In this document: in pieces, positions 28,934 through 37,767 of the stretch
How positions within the stretch are numbered: position 1 is the stretch's first letter
How the letters are laid out: each line of letters starts with the position of its first letter
DNA from: Candidatus Daviesbacteria bacterium
Lineage (GTDB): Bacteria; Patescibacteriota; Microgenomatia; Daviesbacterales; UBA10151
Length of the DNA: 61,390 nucleotides
NCBI GenBank assembly: GCA_016176335.1
Contig: JACOXI010000005.1
Span: forward strand, 1 to 61,390
Direction: 5' to 3'
The notes under the pieces: model-generated
Told to the model about the DNA's origin: nothing
Database searches by the model: none
Seen by the model: the letters and a program-made list of their open reading frames with translations, nothing else
Made by a program: the position numbers and the translations under genes

Positions 28934-29457
28934 TGGATAATCTTGGTCTATTTTTTTTCATATTTGGGTTGAGCAATAAAAACGCTTTTTTGGATACTGT
29001 AATGGTTTTTGGTGCTGAATTTGTTGTTTATCTAACCTTGATAATAATTTTCCTGCTGGCGCTCGGAGGAGGGACAAAAGAAAAAAAATCTTTAATTGTG
29101 GCACTTATTAGTGTGCCTGTTGTAATAATCTTGATTAAATTTATACACTTATTTTATCTTGAACCAAGGCCGTTTGTTTCACAAAATATAACTCCTCTGA
29201 TTATACATGCCCAAGATGCCTCATTCCCGTCAAGGCACGAAACAATCATGGCCGCAATTGCTTTTGTATATTTGTACTACAAATCAAAATGGGCACCCCT
29301 TATATTATTTTTGACTGTTTGGGTTGGGATATCAAGAATTTATGTTGGAGTACATTATCCACTGGATATTTTAGGGGGGGTGGTAATTGGTTTACCGGCA
29401 ACTTTCATATCCATAAAGATTAAAAGTTTTTTAAAAGCCAGGTTGATTTCTTTGTAA
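28933..29457 (+). CDS. PAP2-family undecaprenyl-diphosphate phosphatase (BcrC-like)
   Basis: EPRPF, SFPSRH, SRIYVGVHYPLD. Confidence 0.92.
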   Translation: MDNLGLFFFIFGLSNKNAFLDTVMVFGAEFVVYLTLIIIFLLALGGGTKEKKSLIVALISVPVVIILIKFIHLFYLEPRPFVSQNITPLIIHAQDASFPSRHETIMAAIAFVYLYYKSKWAPLILFLTVWVGISRIYVGVHYPLDILGGVVIGLPATFISIKIKSFLKARLISL

Positions 29458-30705
29458 TCGGTCTATTGCAGCAATATAAGAGGCAATTCTTAAATTTACT
29501 TTCTTTTTTTGAGAAATATCCCAAACATTTTCAAAAGCTTTTGTCATGTTCTCTTTTAATTTACTTCTAACTTTCTGTATTGTCCACCTCTCCTGCGTTC
29601 TATTTTGCAACCATTCAAAATATGAAACAGTGACCCCGCCTGCATTGGCCAATACATCCGGTACCACCATAATACCTCTCTTGTTTAAGATCTCATCAGC
29701 TTTTGGGGTGGTCGGCCCATTTGCCATTTCAAAAACTATCTTTGCAGAAATTTTGCCGGCATTATGCTCCGTAATGACATTTTCCAAGGCGGCAGGTATT
29801 AAAATATCAACCGGCGATTCCAATAACTCTTCATTTGTTAAAATTCCATCATCAACTTTTCTGGCCAAATCACAGACAGACCCGATACAATAACAACCTG
29901 CCAAAAAACCCTTTTCCTCCTTACATTGTTTTACCAGATCAACATTAAAACCTATTTTTTGGGGATCATAAATGGCACCCTTGATATCGGAAAGAACAAC
30001 TATCAAATAACCGTTTCCATACAGTATGCGGGCCATGTTTGAACCGACGTTGCCAAACCCCTGTATGGCAACTGTTAAGGGTTTTTTAAGACCCAATTTC
30101 TCAATCAATTTTTCCAAAACAAAAAATCCCCCCAAACCGGTTGCCTCTTCCCGACCTTTCGAACCGCCGTTTGCCAAAGACTTCCCTGTGACAACAGCTT
30201 TTGATCTCTTACCCAACAGTTTTGAGTATTCATCTTCTATCCAATCCATGATTTTTGAGTTGGTGTTGACATCCGGAGCCGGAACATCTACATCCTCCCC
30301 TATGTTGGGGGACAATGCTTTGGTAAATTGTCTGGTCAGTCTCTCCAACTCCTTTTCTGAAAATTTCTTGGGATCTATTTGCAATCCGCCTTTGCCTCCA
30401 CCAAAGGGAACACCAATTAATGCATTTTTTATCATCATCCAAAAAGCAAGAGATTTTACCTCATCCATGTCCACCTTGGGATGAAAACGCAGTCCTCCTT
30501 TAAAAGGACCTAACCAGTTATTGTATTGCACCCTATACCCTTTTATAAAATCTTTCTTCCCCGAATCATAGACAAAAGGAAGGTTTAGCTCGATTATCCT
30601 TTGAGGTTGGGATATTATTTCCAAAAAGGTTTTATCCGCCTTAATTTTTACAGCAGCTTTTTTAAGAGGGATTAGAACTTGATCAAAATAATTACTTCTG
30701 CCCAT
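29431..30705 (-). CDS. gdhA: Glu/Leu/Phe/Val dehydrogenase (probably glutamate dehydrogenase)
   Basis: GPFKGGLRFHP, PFGGGKGG, DVPAPDVNT, IQGFGNVG, NAGGVTVSYFEW. Confidence 0.95.
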   Translation of the reverse strand: MGRSNYFDQVLIPLKKAAVKIKADKTFLEIISQPQRIIELNLPFVYDSGKKDFIKGYRVQYNNWLGPFKGGLRFHPKVDMDEVKSLAFWMMIKNALIGVPFGGGKGGLQIDPKKFSEKELERLTRQFTKALSPNIGEDVDVPAPDVNTNSKIMDWIEDEYSKLLGKRSKAVVTGKSLANGGSKGREEATGLGGFFVLEKLIEKLGLKKPLTVAIQGFGNVGSNMARILYGNGYLIVVLSDIKGAIYDPQKIGFNVDLVKQCKEEKGFLAGCYCIGSVCDLARKVDDGILTNEELLESPVDILIPAALENVITEHNAGKISAKIVFEMANGPTTPKADEILNKRGIMVVPDVLANAGGVTVSYFEWLQNRTQERWTIQKVRSKLKENMTKAFENVWDISQKKKVNLRIASYIAAIDRLQRNQPGF

Positions 30706-30722
30706 TTATATATTAATTGAAA

Positions 30723-31985
30723 TTAGGTAAGGATTCTTTCAAAATTATCAATTTTTTTGAAAGGGCCAATCACTTGTAAATTAAATTTCTCTTTTACAAA
30801 TAATTCTCTCGCAATCTTTTGAATATCCTCAACTGTGACATTTTCGATATTTTTTAAATATTCCTCAAATGTTTCTATTTTACCCTCCAAAACAAAATTA
30901 GTGCCAAAATATTCTGCTAAAAAATTTGTTGATTCACTGTGCAAAGCGATTCTACCTCTGATCATTTCTTTAGCTTTTTTCAACTCCTCACCCGAAACTT
31001 TCTCCATTACTGTCCGTATTAACTCTGCATATATAACCTCTAATCCTTCATATACCTTTTCCAGTTTTAATCCTGCATAAGCTGTAAAAGTACCTGTATC
31101 CAAATAACAATTATTACTGGCGCTAACACGATAAGCCAAACCCCTACGCTCTCTCACTTGGATAAATAATCTTGAGGACATACCCTCTCCCAAAATTACA
31201 GATAAAATTTCAGCCGCATATCTTCTATTGTCAAACTTATCAAATCCCTCAACTCCCAGTATTAAATTGGCCTGATCTGTTTGCTTATAAAAAACATTAA
31301 CTTTGGCCTTTGTCTGCTTTGTCTTTTTGAAAGGTTCAAATTTAGTAATCGGTCTTGGCCGTATATCCGAAAAATAATTTGCGGCCAATCTTTCTATATC
31401 TTTTGGCAATCTACCTACATAAACCAATGTCATATTTTTTGAGGAATATAAAGACTCCATATATTTTACAAAATCATCTCTTAAAAATAAGTTTATTGTT
31501 TTTTCATCGCCGCCCAAATCCCAGCCCAAAGGCTGATCACCAAACTGCAACTCCTCATAAAGATCCCAGACCAAACGAGCAGGGATATCGCGAAGCATTC
31601 GGAGCTCTTCAGTAATAACTCCTTTCTCTTTCTCAATTTCTTCTCTTGATAAAAGAGATTCTTTAATCATTGAAGATAAAATATCGGATGCCAATTCTAT
31701 ATTTTTACTTGCGGATTTTATCCAGTAAAAAGTTACTTCCTTTGAGGTTGCCGCATTATTTACCGCTCCAATACCGTCAATCAAACCAGCAATTCTCTCC
31801 GCAGTAGGGAATTTTGCAGACCCTTTAAAAAACATGTGTTCCAGAAAATGTGATATGCCGTTTATTTTTTTGGTTTCATATCTGGAACCGGCTCCGACAG
31901 CAACTAGAGTGGTAACAGAATCCAGATGAGGTAGATCTACAGTAATCAGTGTTAAACCATTTGGTAAAGTTTTTAATCTATGCAT
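30723..31985 (-). CDS. M16-family zinc peptidase
   Basis: HFLEHMFFKG inverted zinc motif; MSSRLFIQVRERRGLAY. Confidence 0.95.
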   Translation of the reverse strand: MHRLKTLPNGLTLITVDLPHLDSVTTLVAVGAGSRYETKKINGISHFLEHMFFKGSAKFPTAERIAGLIDGIGAVNNAATSKEVTFYWIKSASKNIELASDILSSMIKESLLSREEIEKEKGVITEELRMLRDIPARLVWDLYEELQFGDQPLGWDLGGDEKTINLFLRDDFVKYMESLYSSKNMTLVYVGRLPKDIERLAANYFSDIRPRPITKFEPFKKTKQTKAKVNVFYKQTDQANLILGVEGFDKFDNRRYAAEILSVILGEGMSSRLFIQVRERRGLAYRVSASNNCYLDTGTFTAYAGLKLEKVYEGLEVIYAELIRTVMEKVSGEELKKAKEMIRGRIALHSESTNFLAEYFGTNFVLEGKIETFEEYLKNIENVTVEDIQKIARELFVKEKFNLQVIGPFKKIDNFERILT

Positions 31986-34002
31986 AATCTTTCAAATGTT
32001 TGAGCATTTCCGTAACTGTGTCTGCTATATCTAAATTTGTATTATCCAAAACAATTGCATCTTTGGGAATTCTCATAGGAGAAGCTTCCCTTTCGCTGTC
32101 GTATTTATCTCTTTCCATCATATCTTTTAAAACTGCGCCATAAGTTATTTCGGGCTCTTTTTTTAATTGCTTAAATCTTCTCCTAGCTCTTTCCTCCAAA
32201 GAAGCTGTCAGAAAAAATTTAAATTTTGCATCGGGGAAGATTTCGGACCCGATATCCCGTCCGCTCATCACCACTTTTCCATTTTCTGCAATCTTCCTTT
32301 GAGTATCTTTGACTATTTCTCTCACTTGGGGTTTTGCCGCCACAACATATACAAGACTTGAGATTTGGGGTGTATGTAGTTTATCCGTGACATCCTCATT
32401 ATCAAGATACATTTTCCAACCACTTCCGTTTTCAAATTTAATATCCAAATTTTTGTAAATATCCAAAATTTTATCCAACTCATCAGCACTGACATTTTCC
32501 TTCAGCATTCTCAAACATCCGGCCCGAAAAATCATTCCCGAATCAATGTATTTAAACCTTAATTTTTGCGCCAATAAAAATCCGACACTATTCTTGCCGG
32601 ATGAAGTCGGACCGTCAATGGTTATTATATCTTCCACAACTTTTAGCGCGGAGCGCCCCTTGTTTACCACTTTAACCTTCGGACCAGAAGATGTATCTTC
32701 TACCTCAAAACCTAACTTCTTAATTTCTAATCTTTTTTTATCCGACTCTTTGAAATTTCCTTTTTTTCTGGCATTTTCCCGTTCGTTTACTAATTTCATA
32801 ATATTTTCCGAAACTTTTATCTTTTTTCCCAAAATTTCATCAAGTTTTAATCCCAAAATTTTATCCATTTCCAAAATTGTTTTGGCTTTGGCTGATGTGG
32901 GATAATCGGAGCGAACCATATCCCAGAGGATGGCCAAAGCTTGTGGCATTCCCAGATCATTATTTATAGCTTCGACAAAATCCTGTTCAAACTGGGCGCA
33001 CCCAATTTTTGGATCATCCCAATCTCTAATTATTTCCCTTAAATTATTCAAAGCATTTTGGGCAGCTTTTAAAGATTCCCAAGTAAAATTCAATTTATCC
33101 CTATAATGAGCTGTTAAACTAAGATAGCGAAAACTCAAAGGATCAAAGCCTTTATCTTCCAGATCCTTCAGTTTGTAAAAGTTACCTGCAGATTTTGCCA
33201 TTTTTTGACCGCTTACCAGAAGATGTTCCCCTTCTACAAAAAAATTTACAAACTTGTGGGCAGTTTTCCCCTCCGATTGCGCTATCTCGTTTTCATGGTG
33301 GGGAAAAATCAAATCTACCCCGCCCGCATGAATATCGAATGTCTGGCCTAAATATTCCTGGCTCATCACCGAACACTCAATATGCCAGCCGGGCCTGCCT
33401 CTTCCCCAAGGAGAATCATATCCAACCTCATCAAGGTGTACCGCTTTCCATAAGGCGAAATCCACTATATTATCTTTGGTGTATTCATCAGATAAAATCC
33501 TGGTGCCACTTTTTAACTCCCGCTTATCAACACCCGAAAGTCTTCCATAACCTCGAAATTCCGATATGTCAAAATAAACGGATCCATCTTTTTCAACATA
33601 AGCCATACCTTTCTTTATCAGCTCCTCAATATACTTGACCATGTGTCCTATGTGTTCGGTTGCCTTAGGATATACATTTGCCGATTTGATATTCAGTTTT
33701 TCTAAGTCTTTGAAGAATGCTTGTTCATATGGCTTGGAAAACTCATCAATGGGTAAACCTTTTTCTTTTGCTCCCTTGATAATTTTGTCATCAATATCCG
33801 TGATATTCATTACCCTTTTTACCTCAAATCCGTTTGCCTCCAATACCATTTGTAAAACGTCTTCAAAAATAAAAGTCCTTAAATTTCCAATATGGGCAAA
33901 ATCGTATGTGGTGGGACCGCAGGTATACAAACCTACTGTAGGAGGATTCAAAGATTTAAATTCTTCGACGCTTTTGCTTAAATAATTATAAATTTTTAAC
34001 AT
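31978..34002 (-). CDS. cysS: Cysteine-tRNA ligase fused to a C-terminal cytidylate kinase
   Basis: CGPTTYDFAHIGN, DFALWK, PGWHIEC, KMAKS; then ITIDGPTSSGK, YIDSGMIFRA, GRDIGSEIFPDA, RDKYDSEREASP. Confidence 0.93.
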   Translation of the reverse strand: MLKIYNYLSKSVEEFKSLNPPTVGLYTCGPTTYDFAHIGNLRTFIFEDVLQMVLEANGFEVKRVMNITDIDDKIIKGAKEKGLPIDEFSKPYEQAFFKDLEKLNIKSANVYPKATEHIGHMVKYIEELIKKGMAYVEKDGSVYFDISEFRGYGRLSGVDKRELKSGTRILSDEYTKDNIVDFALWKAVHLDEVGYDSPWGRGRPGWHIECSVMSQEYLGQTFDIHAGGVDLIFPHHENEIAQSEGKTAHKFVNFFVEGEHLLVSGQKMAKSAGNFYKLKDLEDKGFDPLSFRYLSLTAHYRDKLNFTWESLKAAQNALNNLREIIRDWDDPKIGCAQFEQDFVEAINNDLGMPQALAILWDMVRSDYPTSAKAKTILEMDKILGLKLDEILGKKIKVSENIMKLVNERENARKKGNFKESDKKRLEIKKLGFEVEDTSSGPKVKVVNKGRSALKVVEDIITIDGPTSSGKNSVGFLLAQKLRFKYIDSGMIFRAGCLRMLKENVSADELDKILDIYKNLDIKFENGSGWKMYLDNEDVTDKLHTPQISSLVYVVAAKPQVREIVKDTQRKIAENGKVVMSGRDIGSEIFPDAKFKFFLTASLEERARRRFKQLKKEPEITYGAVLKDMMERDKYDSEREASPMRIPKDAIVLDNTNLDIADTVTEMLKHLKDYA

Positions 34003-34424
34003 CAGCCGCCAACTCCTCTTCCTTTACCTCTTTCTGCCTGGGTTCTAGCAATATCTTCCCTTAATTCTCCTGGTCTTTTGGGGGCTTGTTGTAATTGGGC
34101 CTTTTGTACTTTTTTGGTTTGCGCTTCCTGTTGCATTTGTTGCAATCTTTGGGCTTCTGTCTGTTTTCTATCTTGTTGGGCTTTTTTAATATTTATATCC
34201 AAGGTTTTATAGTAATTGATTACTTTTCTGGCTTTCTCAAGTCTTTGTTGTTCTTCCTGTTGTTTTTGTTGCATTTGTTGCGGAGTAAGTTGTGTGCCGG
34301 CTGCTGTCTGAATATTTTGTTCTATCATCTGACCAACCTCATCTTTCACATCCTTTGCCACCTCTTTGACAGTTTGTAACATCTCCCCTGTAACCTGTTT
34401 TATTCCACCAGCGGCATCAGCCAT
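34002..34424 (-). CDS. Hypothetical Gln/Lys-rich coiled-coil protein
   Basis: Intact ORF abutting the cysS start. Confidence 0.8.
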   Translation of the reverse strand: MADAAGGIKQVTGEMLQTVKEVAKDVKDEVGQMIEQNIQTAAGTQLTPQQMQQKQQEEQQRLEKARKVINYYKTLDINIKKAQQDRKQTEAQRLQQMQQEAQTKKVQKAQLQQAPKRPGELREDIARTQAERGKGRGVGG

Positions 34425-34436
34425 GAGTTAAGTATA

Positions 34437-34524
34437 AAGAATTTAGAATTAAGAATCTAGAATGCAGAATTAAATTCAGAATGTAAAATTTTTATTCTGA
34501 ATTCTGAACTCTAAATTCTAAATT
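34437..34524. repeat. Inverted heptamer arrays forming a long hairpin
   Basis: WAGAATT-like left arm, ATTCTRA-like right arm; core AATTCAGAAT/ATTCTGAATT. Confidence 0.85.
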
Positions 34525-34527
34525 AAC

Positions 34528-35124
34528 CTAGTATTCCTTCCTACCTTCTAACGCCCTTGATAAGGTGGTCTCGTCTGCATACTCTATATCAGACCCGACC
34601 GGTAATCCTCTGGCAATTCTGGTCATTGTTACTCCCAGTGGTGATATTAATCTTTGAAGATACATAGCAGTTGCCTCTCCTTCCATGGTGGGATTTGTTG
34701 CCAAAATTATTTCCTTGACTTTTCCATTTTTGAGGCGAGGCAACAGCTCCCTGATATGTAACTCACCCGGTCCGATATTTTCCAGAGGGGAGATCACTCC
34801 GTGTAATACATGATATAAACCTTTATAGTTTGCCTTCTCCAATGCCAACACATCCAAAGGATTCTCCACAACCATTAAAGTTTGTCTATCGCGGGATTCA
34901 TCAGAACAGATACTACAAGTGTCTTCCTCTCCTATGTTAAAACAAATGGAGCAGATTTTGGTTTTCTCTTTCATCTCAAGAGCGGCATGTGCCAGGCTTT
35001 CAGCTTGTTCGTAAGGAGCATGGAGTAAGTAGAATGTTAGTCTTTCTGCGGTTTTGGGACCAATTCCCGGAAGTCTTTCAAAAGCCTCAATCAAATTTTG
35101 TATCGGTTTTGGAACTCGTGCCAT
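34528..35124 (-). CDS. recR: Recombination mediator RecR
   Basis: LPGIGPKTAERL, CSICFN, YHVLHG, ATNPTMEGEATA. Confidence 0.98.
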   Translation of the reverse strand: MARVPKPIQNLIEAFERLPGIGPKTAERLTFYLLHAPYEQAESLAHAALEMKEKTKICSICFNIGEEDTCSICSDESRDRQTLMVVENPLDVLALEKANYKGLYHVLHGVISPLENIGPGELHIRELLPRLKNGKVKEIILATNPTMEGEATAMYLQRLISPLGVTMTRIARGLPVGSDIEYADETTLSRALEGRKEY

Positions 35125-35140
35125 TGCGAGGCAAATTGTA

Positions 35141-35419
35141 TCACATTCCGGGGATGCCTAAGCCGCCCATCATGGGTTTCATTTCATCTGCTGCGACTTT
35201 TTGAGATTGTTTTAAAGCTTCATTAACAGCTTCTGTTATTTTTTCAAAATTCTGCTCCCCTGAAATGGAAACTACTTTTTGATCTGCCGTCATTATAACT
35301 ATTACCCCTTTGTGTTCAACCGTAATTTGAATCCCAGCCAACTTTTTTTGAATTTCCATGGCCTGATCTCTCATTTTCTTAAGATCACCAAGCTGTTTTA
35401 AATTGTCCATTAAACCCAT
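35141..35419 (-). CDS. YbaB/EbfC nucleoid-associated protein
   Basis: Size, AVNEALKQSQ motif and adjacency to recR. Confidence 0.88.
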   Translation of the reverse strand: MGLMDNLKQLGDLKKMRDQAMEIQKKLAGIQITVEHKGVIVIMTADQKVVSISGEQNFEKITEAVNEALKQSQKVAADEMKPMMGGLGIPGM

Positions 35420-35426
35420 ATGATTT

Positions 35427-35496
35427 GTTTATCGTTTATGGTTTATCGTTAATCGTTTTTTGCGCTTTACGATATACGATAATCGATCTTACGATA
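35427..35496. repeat. Inverted heptamer arrays (TTTATCG / ACGATAW)
   Basis: TTTATCG TTTATGG TTTATCG TTAATCG ... ACGATAT ACGATAA. Confidence 0.8.
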
Positions 35497-36328
35497 TTCC
35501 TCCTTTGACAGATTCTACCACATTCTTTAACAAGCTCACAATTGTTAAAGGACCAATTCCGCCAATGGTTGGACAATATAATTTGGCAATTTTACTGACA
35601 TCTTCCTCTTTAATATCTCCATAAATTTTCTCTTTTCCTGCCACAATTTCTTTGCCAACCCCCACCCCCACCACATAAGCTCCTTTTTTAAGATTTGTTT
35701 TATTGAGAATATTTTTCACTCCTGTTGCGCTAATCACAACATCTCCACCTTTTATCACTGTCTCTGGATTCAGAGTATCTCTTACAACAATCTCCGGATT
35801 AAATCCTTTACTTTCCAGAAGTTTTATAGTTGGTCTACCTGCTGTTTTACCACGACCTACTACCACAATCTTTTTACCCTTTAAAAAGTCTTCTGTTTGT
35901 TTAAATCCTTCAATATATGCAAAAGCTGTTAACATCTCCCAAACAGCTAAAGCAGTTGCACCATGATATGGAGAATTTTCTAAAAACCCATCTACATCTT
36001 TTTGAAGAATAATACTATTTTCAAATTCATCAAAATTCCATGAATCATAAACAGGATATTGAACTATGATTCCGTTAACAATTGGATCTTTGTTTAATCT
36101 TTCAATAGTTTTTTTACATTTCTCTGTTTCATCCTCTGAAAACTCATAAAGAGTTGTTTCTACTCCTATTGTTTTTGCAGTTTTTATTTTATTTTTGACA
36201 TAAATTCTGGATAAAGGATTATTACCTGCTAAAATTATTGCCAGGCGCGGGTGAAGTTTTTTGTTTTTAATTTCTATCTCTAATTTCTTAAGTATTGCCT
36301 CTGCAACATCCTTTCCGGATACTTTCAT
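35489..36328 (-). CDS. folD: Methylene-THF dehydrogenase/cyclohydrolase
   Basis: SRIYVKNK, NGIIVQYP, KDVDG, VVGRG, GGIGPLTI; start moved to MKVSGK. Confidence 0.93.
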   Translation of the reverse strand: MKVSGKDVAEAILKKLEIEIKNKKLHPRLAIILAGNNPLSRIYVKNKIKTAKTIGVETTLYEFSEDETEKCKKTIERLNKDPIVNGIIVQYPVYDSWNFDEFENSIILQKDVDGFLENSPYHGATALAVWEMLTAFAYIEGFKQTEDFLKGKKIVVVGRGKTAGRPTIKLLESKGFNPEIVVRDTLNPETVIKGGDVVISATGVKNILNKTNLKKGAYVVGVGVGKEIVAGKEKIYGDIKEEDVSKIAKLYCPTIGGIGPLTIVSLLKNVVESVKGGIS

Positions 36329-36356
36329 GCAGAATACTATACCATAAATAAAGAGG

Positions 36357-37685
36357 CTATTTAATCCCTGGTACTGGGAATTTTCCGGCAAAGGCTTTTA
36401 TCTCTTTAGCAATCTCTAGCAATTTTTTATTCTTTACTATTTCTTTTCTAAACTTCTTCCAAAATTCTGATCTTTGTTCTTTATCAGTTGGCATCTGTTC
36501 TCCGCTAACTTCTTCAACGACCCTGTTTATCCAAGCTGCAACTTTCACCATTTCCTTTTCCTTCATTCCACGGGATGTTAAAGCTGGAGTTCCAAGCCTT
36601 ATGCCGGAGGGATAAAATGGTGGCATTGGGTCATTTGGGACTGCATTTTTATTTGTTACAATTCCTGCCACCTCCAAAGCAAGTGCTGCAACTGCTCCGT
36701 TAACATTTTTATTCGATAAATCTATTAAAAGCAAGTGATTATCAGTACCTCCCGAAACTAAATTAAAGCCATGTTTTGTTAATTCAGTGGCTAAAGTTTT
36801 TGCGTTTTTAACAATCTGTGCTCCATATTTTTTAAATGCAGGCGTTGACGCCTCTTCCAGGGCAACTGCGATTGCTGCTGTTGTATTATCATGTGGTCCG
36901 CCCTGAAGACCGGGAAACACAGCTTTATCTATTTTATCTGCAAGGTCCGGATCTTTTTTGAGACCTTTTTCTGTTACCATTAACATTGCTCCCCTTGGTC
37001 CCCTCAAAGTTTTGTGTGTTGTTGTCATCATAATATGTGCATGATCTACGGGTGAAGGATGAACTCCTGCAATAATAAGTCCTGTAATATGAGAGATATC
37101 TGCTAAAAGATAGGCTCCCACCTTGTCGGCAATTTCTCCAAATCTTTTAAAATTAACTGTTCTTGGATAAGCTGTAAAACCACAGACAATAATTTTTGGT
37201 TTTGCCTTTAGAGCGATTTTCTCCAACTCATCATAATCAAGCCACCCATCTGTTCCCAAAGAATAAGGGATTATTTTAAAATATTTCCCTGAAAAAGAAA
37301 CAGGTGAGCCATGTGTTAAGTGTCCACCCGCCCCTAAACCTAACCCCATTATCTTATCTTTAAAAGGTTCTAAAAGAGCTAAATAAACTGCTGCATTTGC
37401 AGGAGAACCAGAATAGGGTTGAACATTTACATGAGGCACATCAAATAATTTTTTAACTAAGTCCTGCGCATAGTCTTCTACGGAATCAGCGATTTTATTT
37501 CCCTGATAATACCTCTTATGCGGATATCCTTCTGAATACTTGTTAATTAAAACTGATCCGACTGCTTTCATGACGTCTGCTGAAGTGTAGTTTTCAGAAG
37601 GGATCATCTCCAAATCTTCTTCTTGTCTTTTCTTTTCTAGATCTATTAATTTAAAAACTTTTTTTGCAGCAACGTGTGATGCCAT
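36357..37685 (-). CDS. glyA: Serine hydroxymethyltransferase
   Basis: LEMIPSENY, NKYSEGYP, GGHLTHG, TTTHKTLRGPRG, SGIRLGT; start uncertain (37685 chosen, below TTGACA-17-GAAAAT). Confidence 0.96.
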   Translation of the reverse strand: MASHVAAKKVFKLIDLEKKRQEEDLEMIPSENYTSADVMKAVGSVLINKYSEGYPHKRYYQGNKIADSVEDYAQDLVKKLFDVPHVNVQPYSGSPANAAVYLALLEPFKDKIMGLGLGAGGHLTHGSPVSFSGKYFKIIPYSLGTDGWLDYDELEKIALKAKPKIIVCGFTAYPRTVNFKRFGEIADKVGAYLLADISHITGLIIAGVHPSPVDHAHIMMTTTHKTLRGPRGAMLMVTEKGLKKDPDLADKIDKAVFPGLQGGPHDNTTAAIAVALEEASTPAFKKYGAQIVKNAKTLATELTKHGFNLVSGGTDNHLLLIDLSNKNVNGAVAALALEVAGIVTNKNAVPNDPMPPFYPSGIRLGTPALTSRGMKEKEMVKVAAWINRVVEEVSGEQMPTDKEQRSEFWKKFRKEIVKNKKLLEIAKEIKAFAGKFPVPGIK

Positions 37686-37720
37686 GGATGCGATCATTTT
37701 CAAACCTGGAGCAGTATTTG

Positions 37721-37748
37721 TCAATACTTCAACTTCATTCAGTATTGA
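37721..37748. repeat. Degenerate REP-like palindrome overlapping the glyA -35 box
   Basis: TCAATACT-TCAACTTCATTC-AGTATTGA. Confidence 0.7.
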
Positions 37749-37767
37749 CCCTGAAGTTAATTTGAAC

